DNA from: Acidobacteriota bacterium
Lineage (GTDB): Bacteria; Acidobacteriota; UBA6911; RPQK01; JAJDTT01
Assembly: GCA_965263035.1 (NCBI GenBank)
Contig: OZ253580.1
Span: forward strand, 4,128,001-4,192,000
Direction: 5' to 3'
DNA length: 64,000 nucleotides
Every line of letters starts with the position of its first letter. The stretch's first letter is position 1. Made by a program: the position numbers and the translations under genes. The notes under the pieces were generated by a model. It saw nothing but the letters and a program-made list of their open reading frames with translations, did not search any database and was not told where the DNA came from. This document shows positions 19,166 to 26,763 of the stretch, in pieces.

Positions 19166-19924
19166 ATGCGGTCGGGCAGCCCTCCTCCGTACAATCCCGA
19201 CGACTTCCCCCGTGTGGCCGTCACGGTGGACATAGTGGTGTTCACGATCTGCGACGATGCTCTCCATGCACTGCTGGTGGAACGCGGCCAGGAGCCGTTC
19301 CGGGGGGCCTGGGCGCTGCCGGGCGGCTTCGTGCAGCCGGACGAGGATCTGGACGCCGCCGCGGCCCGGGAACTGGAAGAAGAGACAAACGTTGCCGTAG
19401 GTGTGCCTTATCTTGAGCAACTCGCCAGCTACGGGTCGCCTGGACGCGACCCACGCATGCGGGTGGTCACGGTGGCGTACTGGGCGGCGTGTGCCGAACT
19501 GGAACAACCGACGGGCGGTGGTGACGCCGCCTACTCGGACTTGGTGCCGCTGGCGAAAATCGAGCGCGGAGGTATCCGTCTAGCTTTTGACCACGACCGG
19601 ATTGTCAAGGACGCCGTGGAGCGGTTGCGCTCCAAGTTGGAGTACACGGCGCTCGCGACCAAATTCTGCCCGCCCCGATTCACCATCAGCCAGCTCCGCA
19701 GGGTGTACGAGACGATCTGGGACACCCGAATCGATCCGGGGAATTTCCAACGCAAGATTCGCGAGAACCCCTCGTTCAAAAACATCCCGATGGCGAGGTC
19801 CCCGAGTCGGCGGCGTGGAGGCCGGCCGGCCTCGCTGTGGTCCATTCCTGCTCAATCCAGAGTGGCCGTGCCTATTTCACCGATCGCGAGACGGGGCATG
19901 CCGCGCGACGACGAGGCGGAGTGA
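19166..19924 (+). CDS. nrtR: NrtR-family Nudix/winged-HTH transcriptional regulator
   Basis: TVDIVVF, WALPGGFV..DE..REL.EET Nudix box, RDPRMRVVTVAY, LAFDH, and C-terminal FTISQL...GNFQRK...GGRPA wHTH. Confidence 0.88.
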   Translation: MRSGSPPPYNPDDFPRVAVTVDIVVFTICDDALHALLVERGQEPFRGAWALPGGFVQPDEDLDAAAARELEEETNVAVGVPYLEQLASYGSPGRDPRMRVVTVAYWAACAELEQPTGGGDAAYSDLVPLAKIERGGIRLAFDHDRIVKDAVERLRSKLEYTALATKFCPPRFTISQLRRVYETIWDTRIDPGNFQRKIRENPSFKNIPMARSPSRRRGGRPASLWSIPAQSRVAVPISPIARRGMPRDDEAE

Positions 19925-20068
19925 CTGGCTCCGCATCGCCGGCCAAGCCTCGCCGAGGCGAAGGACGCCCTACGGCCGGCCGGGGCGGGCCAGACTGACG
20001 AAAATGCCGGTAGATCCGGGCGCGCCCTACGGCGGATGCCGGGACGACCTTGGTCACGGACGGTTGAG

Positions 20069-21364
20069 TCAACCACTAGCCGAAGCAAGCGGAACCACCT
20101 CATAAGGCGCCAGGACCAGTTCCTGTTCGCCATGGCGGCGTCTGACCGTCACCATCCGCGTCGTTGCCCGGTTGTTGATGACCCAAGCGCCGTGCCCGTC
20201 GACCGCGAGCACGTCCACGCCGGCATGCGGATCGGTGTCGGCGTCGAGCAGCCGGCGACCGGCCAGCGCCGACAGTTCCTCATGGAGCGCCGTCCAGGGA
20301 CCGTCCGCCAGGGCGATGGCGGCTTCCACGATGCCGGCCTGGGCGGCGAACTTCACGAACCTGGCCAGCCACGCGGTCGCGAAGGCGGTTCCGTTGCGCG
20401 GGTCGCGCCGCGGGCGCGGGTAAGGCGGGTCGAACAGGACCGGACCTGACTGCAAGGCGGCGGTTGGGGCAAACGACCGGATCGTCGCCGCCTGGTCGAG
20501 GATGGCGGGAACGTTCTCCATGAGCGTGTCGTCGTCGTCGAGATGGACCGCCGGATTGAAGGGGATCTCAATCCTGGCCGTATCGGCGAAGGCGGCCCGG
20601 TTGCGATTGTAGTGGGTGTATTCGTGCGCGGCGCTGGTCCTGTCCGTTCGGGTCAGACGCGGCAGCCGCGCCTCGGTGGGGCCGCCGATGACGATGGCCG
20701 GCGCCGGTGGAGCTTCTTTCAGGACCCTCGTTGACGAGGTGTCTACCGCAATCTCGAGCCGCTGGCGCCGAACCGCGGCGCCTTCTACGAATGCCTTGTA
20801 AGAGCTGTCGCCGTAGTTTCGCTGATCTTCCATGTCCATCTCGGCGCCGGGGACCTCAACGGTCACGTCCACCTGCTCCCGAGTCTTAGCCTGGAGGGAG
20901 GTGAAGCCTTTGGAAAACTGGTATGGCGAAATGAAGCGGGGAAACGATTGGTTTTCCTGCCTGCCGTCCGCGAGCACGAACCCGTAGTCGCGACCGGCGA
21001 AGGTCTCGGCGCCGTAGAGGACGCAGAATCCGATGCGCGGATATTCGAAGGCGGCGCCCGGCTCCCATTCGACCTCCATGGTGATGGAGCCGTCGGCCCG
21101 CCCCTTGATTTCGCCGTTCCAGGCGACGTCCGCGATCTCATTAACGCAACGCGCCCGGAGCTCGACAGTGAACTCATCCACGCCGCTCTTGACCTCCGTG
21201 ACTTCGAAATTGGCGGGAACCGTGTCCCAGCGCGCGTCGCGGACGGCAAAATAGACCCGCCGCAGAAGTTCACGACCGTTGATGCGCAGATACCGGAGCT
21301 GGCCGTCGGCAAGCTTGAGCCGGACCGGCCCCGCGTTCAGGTACCTTCCTTCTTTACCCTTCAT
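20069..21364 (-). CDS. D-apionate lactonase (ApnL)-like protein
   Basis: LRYLRINGRELLRRVYFAVRDARWDT, RIGFCVLY and MEDQRNYGDSSYK resemble the conserved ApnL N-terminal motifs. Confidence 0.55.
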   Translation of the reverse strand: MKGKEGRYLNAGPVRLKLADGQLRYLRINGRELLRRVYFAVRDARWDTVPANFEVTEVKSGVDEFTVELRARCVNEIADVAWNGEIKGRADGSITMEVEWEPGAAFEYPRIGFCVLYGAETFAGRDYGFVLADGRQENQSFPRFISPYQFSKGFTSLQAKTREQVDVTVEVPGAEMDMEDQRNYGDSSYKAFVEGAAVRRQRLEIAVDTSSTRVLKEAPPAPAIVIGGPTEARLPRLTRTDRTSAAHEYTHYNRNRAAFADTARIEIPFNPAVHLDDDDTLMENVPAILDQAATIRSFAPTAALQSGPVLFDPPYPRPRRDPRNGTAFATAWLARFVKFAAQAGIVEAAIALADGPWTALHEELSALAGRRLLDADTDPHAGVDVLAVDGHGAWVINNRATTRMVTVRRRHGEQELVLAPYEVVPLASASG

Positions 21365-21480
21365 TCCTCATCCCTCGATCTCAACCGGATTCAAGCTGGA
21401 GCCATGATCCGTTACAAGGCGCGATACCAGCAGCCGGAAGGAGCCCGGCCGGTTTGCCGTCGATCGTTGCCGACCGATCC

Positions 21481-22323
21481 TCACGCGGCTTCGTCGCGGA
21501 TGCGGCGCCAGTCATAGGCGATGGTCCACCGCAGCGCCTCGTGGATTGCCGTACTCATGTAGGGGCAGGCGTTTCCATCCACCATGTCGTCGATCTCGCT
21601 GACCTCCGGGAGAAATTCGGCAATGAGGTCTCGCACCGGAGTCTCCAGATAGATGTCGGGCGCCGCCACGTTGAAGGGATGAAACCCTTCCATGTCAGAC
21701 TCCAGCCAGAGCCGGCAGGCGGTGGCGACATCTCGGCCGTCGACGTAGTTCCAGAGCACGTCGGTCCCCCGCGCCGGGGATTCCAAGTGCCCTTTGAAAC
21801 GCTCCTCGTAGGAGTCCTCGTAGACGATCCGCCCCAGCCGGAAAGCGGCGATGGACATGCCGTACCAGCGCGCGAAGTCTGAGGCGACCTTTTCCAGGAG
21901 AATCTTGCCCGAGGCATAGATGTTGTCGGCCCGCAACGGAGACGATTCGGTCACCGGAAGCTTCCGCACCTTCGTCATGCTCCCGTAGACCTCCATGCTG
22001 GAGGCGATCACGACCCGCCGGACGCCGGCGTTGGCGCAAGCCTGGAGGACGTTGAAGCCGCCGTTGACGACGTTCTTGAACACCGTGGTGCGCGACCAGA
22101 AGGCGTCGCAAGGCACGCTGCCCATGTGGATCAAGCCGTCCGCCCCGGCGACGGCCTCGTTCAGTCCCGAGTCATTGACCAGATCCAACTGCAGGTAGGG
22201 AAAATCGGTGGGTCCCGGCGCCAGCAGGTCAATGGGAACGACCTCGTCGCCGGCCGCCTGCAGGATCTTGACGATGCTCCTGCCCGTGCCCCCCTTGGCG
22301 CCGGTGACGACGATTCGTTTCAT
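21481..22323 (-). CDS. NAD-dependent epimerase/dehydratase (extended SDR)
   Basis: VTGAKGGTG Rossmann motif, ASS, YASGK (YxxxK), YVDGRDVA. Confidence 0.88.
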   Translation of the reverse strand: MKRIVVTGAKGGTGRSIVKILQAAGDEVVPIDLLAPGPTDFPYLQLDLVNDSGLNEAVAGADGLIHMGSVPCDAFWSRTTVFKNVVNGGFNVLQACANAGVRRVVIASSMEVYGSMTKVRKLPVTESSPLRADNIYASGKILLEKVASDFARWYGMSIAAFRLGRIVYEDSYEERFKGHLESPARGTDVLWNYVDGRDVATACRLWLESDMEGFHPFNVAAPDIYLETPVRDLIAEFLPEVSEIDDMVDGNACPYMSTAIHEALRWTIAYDWRRIRDEAA

Positions 22324-22612
22324 GTTTGGCGTCTCCGCTGCATCGACGATGAGTGTCTACAGTTAGCCTGTGTTTCTCAATGAAATGATTGATAAAGGCC
22401 GACTACTCTTCTGTAATTATGTTTTTATAAATATGTTAAAATGCAGGAGAAACACGATCTGATTAACACAAAGTATACCAGAATAAAGCTGATGTTTCAC
22501 GGCCTGGACGGACGTCAAGTTGTCGGCCGGTTCGACGATGGATTGAAAACAGGCTCGTAGGAAAGGAGTCTGACGGAATTGGAAGGGGAAGAATCAGAAG
22601 CGCCAAGCGCCG

Positions 22613-23049
22613 GTGTATGCGAACCGGCGGCGGATCCGCGGGAGTCCGGGACGACGGTTGCAGCGATGGCGGATCGAGTTGAAGGAGCGACCGTTCGCAC
22701 ATCGTTTCGGCACGAGAGGGTTGCACCGAATCTTCGTCCGGGGCCACGCCAACCTCCGCATGCGACTGCTGATTCAACTGTGTGGATTCAATCTGGGATT
22801 GCAGATGGGCCATCTGACGCGAGTCGGTACGCCCTGGAGTCTCCAGCGCCGCGCCCGGGCGCGGCCTTGGACGTCATTAGGGGCGGGAATGGGCCGCTGG
22901 ATGGGCTGGGATCGGCTCGGGGAGCGCTTCTGGGAGTTGATCCGCCTAAATCGCTGTTTTGGGCTACTCGGACCCATCATTAAACCATCTAAACGTCAGC
23001 TTGCAGAAAGAACATTAGTCAGAGAAATTGGGGTTTTATCCACGGGCTG
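22613..23049 (+). pseudogene. IS1182/IS5-like transposase C-terminal remnant with terminal IR
   Basis: RWRIELKERPFAH...GLHRIFVRG...FNLG resembles a DDE C-terminus; ends in TTTTATCCACGGGCTG, an IS-end-like motif. Confidence 0.55.
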
Positions 23050-23092
23050 ATAAAGCGGCCCGACTGGTTCTGCATGGATCGGGGGTTCTACG

Positions 23093-24274
23093 ATGCCCGC
23101 CTCGATCCCAGAGACTATCGGCCCCATCGGTTATCCGAGCGACGAGATCACCGACTTCATCACCCTTGCCGAGAGAGGGCTCCTCATGAACGGACACGAT
23201 GGGAATGTGGCCTTCAAGTGCACCTACAACGACGGCGGAGACACAGGCTTCGTGGGTTTCGGCGGAACTTGTACCTACGAAAACATCATCCGCAATGTGA
23301 AGACGAAACCGCGGCGTTGGTGCTCGGCCCCATCAAACCCGTGCCGGCAGTTCTGCGACAACGGATTTCAGGGAAGAAGACCGCATCATCCCTGCTACGA
23401 GAGCGAGATCATCGAGCGTTGGAGATTCGGGCCAGGCACGTATCAAACGAAGGATCGGGACGGTGAACCGATTCCGATGAAGTATGCGCAGGTGGGAAAG
23501 GTCGCACTGCTGACCACGAGGCATCCGAAGCACGATACGGAAAAGAAACGGATCGTGTTCGGCGTCTACAAGATCGAGCATGTCAGGCGAGGCAACAGCG
23601 GAGAAATCTGGATCGAGGGGAGTGCCGATCATGCGATCCGCCTGTCCGAAAGTCCTGCCTTCGCACTCCCCTACTGGACGTTCAAGCGCAAGGAGGGAGG
23701 GGCATCTCCGGCGTGGGGCTCGGGTCTTTTCCGGTATCTGTCGGATCAGGAGGTGACCAACTTCCTTCATGCTCTGAGCCCGCATCTGCAGAGCGCCCGG
23801 GACAGGACTGTGCTCGAAGATCTCCTGGAATGCTGCGGGAACCTCAAGCCCGAACTCGCCGCAGAGGAGCCGAATGGCGAGGTTCCGGAGTCCGCGTTGA
23901 AGCACAAGTACGGTCCGGGAGGGGAAGGCGAGCGGCATCGCGTGCTGAAGCAGTTTATCGCCGATCATCCTGAACGTTTGGGCCTGGGAAGAGGCAGGGG
24001 AAAAGAGGAGCACCGCTTCGTGACCGGAGATCGTGTGGACGTGTCGATCGATCTGGCCAATGGCGAGTATTGCGTGGTCGAGATCGAGATCGAGGGAGAA
24101 TCCACCAGTATCGGGGCCCACCAAGCGCTCAAATACCGTGCGTTGCGCGCTGGCGAACTGGACTCAACGGAGCTGCCTCATGCATGCCTTGTGGCGTACA
24201 GCATTCCGCAGCACGTGAAGGATTTCTGTGAGCGCCACGGCGTATTGGCGTTGGAGATTCAGCCGGAGCAGTGA
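23093..24274 (+). CDS. Cys-rich N-terminal domain fused to a PD-(D/E)XK-like nuclease domain
   Basis: AFKCTYNDGG..C..WC..C..C..CYES N-terminus; C-terminal GEGERHRVLK...DRVDV...VEIE...QALKYR, a NucS/Mrr-like pattern. Confidence 0.6.
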   Translation: MPASIPETIGPIGYPSDEITDFITLAERGLLMNGHDGNVAFKCTYNDGGDTGFVGFGGTCTYENIIRNVKTKPRRWCSAPSNPCRQFCDNGFQGRRPHHPCYESEIIERWRFGPGTYQTKDRDGEPIPMKYAQVGKVALLTTRHPKHDTEKKRIVFGVYKIEHVRRGNSGEIWIEGSADHAIRLSESPAFALPYWTFKRKEGGASPAWGSGLFRYLSDQEVTNFLHALSPHLQSARDRTVLEDLLECCGNLKPELAAEEPNGEVPESALKHKYGPGGEGERHRVLKQFIADHPERLGLGRGRGKEEHRFVTGDRVDVSIDLANGEYCVVEIEIEGESTSIGAHQALKYRALRAGELDSTELPHACLVAYSIPQHVKDFCERHGVLALEIQPEQ

Positions 24275-24467
24275 ACCATGGTGCCATGATTCCCGGGAAT
24301 TCAAAGGTGGCTATGTCTGGTGTTCCTGGGATGTGCGAGCCCATACTCGAAGATCAGAAGGTGTGCGTGGCAGGATAAGCTGTGCGCGTGTCTGGATACG
24401 GATCTGGTTGCTGTCCGGGTCAGGATACGCAGAGTTTCATTCGCAGGTGGCGCAAGGGGAAGATCCG

Positions 24468-25388
24468 TTGAAATCAGCCATGACCGCCACCTTGCTCCAG
24501 TTGGGCGATTCGACATCACGCAATCTGGAGTTTTCACACCGTGATGACGTTTGGGTGAGCTACGGAGAAGAGACCATTACCGAGAGCAATCTTCTGGAAA
24601 TCAGGCGGCGGCATCCGGAACTTGTTCGTATTCGCACCTTCACGAAGCGCAAGGAGGCGAAGACCGGAGCGGACTGGGAGTGGCACATCGTCGGGCGAAG
24701 GCGAACAGTCAAGATGCGGGTACAAGCAAAGAGGCTGCAATGCGACGACGTCCTGAAGGTCAAACACAAGGTGAAATCGTCCGGCAGACAACAGCGTAGC
24801 CTTCTAATTGTCGGGGCGCGCGCTGCGAGAATGAAGCCGGTCTACTGCATATACAGTACGGAGCAACAGCGAACGATCTGGACACAGCCCAAGGGGCTGC
24901 CGGGCTACAGGACTTTCCAGACTGGCTGTTTGCTTGCCGACGCGGCGGACGTGCCACTCTGGACTAGGAAGCTCGACGAAGTCGAGCAAGAGTGCATACC
25001 TTGGCATTTTCTGTTCGAACCAACCGTCTCGATGCAATGGAGGTCGGAAATCGCCAAATTGGACTATGAGGGCCTCGTTCAGTTTGTTTCCTTCGAACGC
25101 CGCCGTTTGCCGGTCACGTTGGACGGTGAGGCAGCGGTTCCACCCGAGTCCTTGGGGTGGAACGCCCCTACGATCGATGACCTCAATGAAAACACCGGAC
25201 GGAATTTCGATTGGAACGGGGTTGAGGAAACGACGGCAAAGGATAGGGCGAGGCTCGAGCCCGAGACCGATGAAGGTCGGCGGATTGTTCAGTCCGACAG
25301 AGAACGGCTCCGAGAATTAGGCATTCTCCGCATGATGGTTATGGATGTTCGCGGCGAGCCGAAGTCGGACGAGCGATACGAATCGTAG
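24468..25388 (+). CDS. DUF6615-like PD-(D/E)XK-fold protein
   Basis: EETITE..., EAKTGADWEW, RVQAKRL motifs; start TTG 24468 or ATG 24480. Confidence 0.6.
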   Translation: MKSAMTATLLQLGDSTSRNLEFSHRDDVWVSYGEETITESNLLEIRRRHPELVRIRTFTKRKEAKTGADWEWHIVGRRRTVKMRVQAKRLQCDDVLKVKHKVKSSGRQQRSLLIVGARAARMKPVYCIYSTEQQRTIWTQPKGLPGYRTFQTGCLLADAADVPLWTRKLDEVEQECIPWHFLFEPTVSMQWRSEIAKLDYEGLVQFVSFERRRLPVTLDGEAAVPPESLGWNAPTIDDLNENTGRNFDWNGVEETTAKDRARLEPETDEGRRIVQSDRERLRELGILRMMVMDVRGEPKSDERYES

Positions 25389-25511
25389 GGGCGTGTTTCA
25401 ATGGCCAATGAAAAGAGGCATGGCAGAAAATCCATGAGTCCATGTGACTCATCCATAACGCTGAAGAACTACGCGTCGTTTCGTGACTAACTTCATCCGG
25501 AGTCCATCAGA

Positions 25512-25551
25512 AGTGTCCGAAATCGGGACAAACTGTCCGATTTCGGACACT
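25512..25551. repeat. 40-bp palindrome between convergent genes
   Basis: AGTGTCCGAAATCGG...CCGATTTCGGACACT, 15-bp perfect arms. Confidence 0.7.
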
Positions 25552-25705
25552 CCGAACGATCTTTCTGGTCAGTACAGGGGCCAATTGTCGGAAATCCGCA
25601 CCAAGATGGTTCCCGCACTCCAGTGGACTCTTGCCCTTTGGCGAAGCGGATCTCGAGGACGGGAGTCTTCAGGAGCCCCTGGCGTTGACACGCCGCGGAA
25701 GGGGT

Positions 25706-26599
25706 TCAACCGTGAACGTCGCCGCTTCGGGTCGGCGGTTCCGGCTGGTTCCAGGGCATCGTGATCGTCGGTTTGGGATCGTGGTGGTCGCCTCGGGGCG
25801 GCTTCGGTGTCGACCCGAACTCTTCGATCCAGCGCGCCAACTGCCGGGCCGATTCCATGACTGCCCGCCGGCCTTTTTCCTTGGTCGCCAGTGTGGCGTG
25901 GCCCAGTACGCCGCTGTCCGAATAGCTGGCCGTCCAAGAAGTGACGGGAGCCGGTCCGGACGCAAGAAGATCGGTCCAGAAGAAGTCGGAGTTGGCCCTG
26001 TTGTATTCGATTTCTCCATCGGCAATCTTGTCTTTCCGGACGTTTTCTTCGTCGAGATACAGGTACGCGGAGGTTTCCAGCTCTCCTGCATGAGAGCAAC
26101 CGCCGGGAAACTTGCTCTCCCTCCAGGACTTGTAGAACTCTTGGTCGATGGTGATCAGGCTCCACCAACAGACGGCGCTGCATTCCGCATCGGTCTCCAG
26201 ATTGATCCGCCGGGAGGCCAGATCCAGATTGGGCCAGTTGGAACCGTGTCCGTTGAGCAGGATGATCTTTTTGAATCCGTGATAGGCGAGGCTCTTCCCC
26301 ACGTCCATGACCATGCGGATGAAGTGCTCGTAGTGGATGTTGATAGTCCCGGGGAAGTCCATCACGTGGGCCGTGTAGCCATGGATGATGGGCGGCATTA
26401 TCAGAACCTGATCGGGGATGAGCCGGGCCGCATGGTGTGCGACTCCCACGGGACAGACTACGTCCACGTCCAGTGGAAGATGGGGGCCGTGCTGTTCGAT
26501 CGATCCGATCGGCACCACGACGACCTTCGTGGCCTGGACCGCCTGATTGATCTCCGGCCACGTCAGTTTTTCGTATCGCCAAGGTTCTCTGGTGGACAT
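25706..26599 (-). CDS. creatininase-family amidohydrolase
   Basis: PIGSIEQHGPHLPLDVD, FPGT, NGHGSN, HAGELETS; GGAGG before ATG 26599. Confidence 0.9.
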   Translation of the reverse strand: MSTREPWRYEKLTWPEINQAVQATKVVVVPIGSIEQHGPHLPLDVDVVCPVGVAHHAARLIPDQVLIMPPIIHGYTAHVMDFPGTINIHYEHFIRMVMDVGKSLAYHGFKKIILLNGHGSNWPNLDLASRRINLETDAECSAVCWWSLITIDQEFYKSWRESKFPGGCSHAGELETSAYLYLDEENVRKDKIADGEIEYNRANSDFFWTDLLASGPAPVTSWTASYSDSGVLGHATLATKEKGRRAVMESARQLARWIEEFGSTPKPPRGDHHDPKPTITMPWNQPEPPTRSGDVHG

Positions 26600-26763
26600 G
26601 GAACTACCTCCTTGCTCTGCCGAATATTTCCGATTCAAAAATCAGTCACGTCGTTATGGAGACGAAGACCGCGAGCGCGGCGACGGTCACGCTCGCGGAC
26701 GGTCTCCACTCGGCGTTCCGTCGGGTTCAGTTGAGTGCTTCCTCACACTATTCTTCGACCCTG

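Noticed and set aside
22370-22455. AT-rich stretch bounded by a 9-bp inverted repeat GTGTTTCTC/GAGAAACAC
   Set aside because: Too short, with no TSD or second copy; may be promoter DNA or IS debris
25706-26599. Mycofactocin mftE gene
   Set aside because: No mftA/B/C nearby; only the general creatininase family is supported
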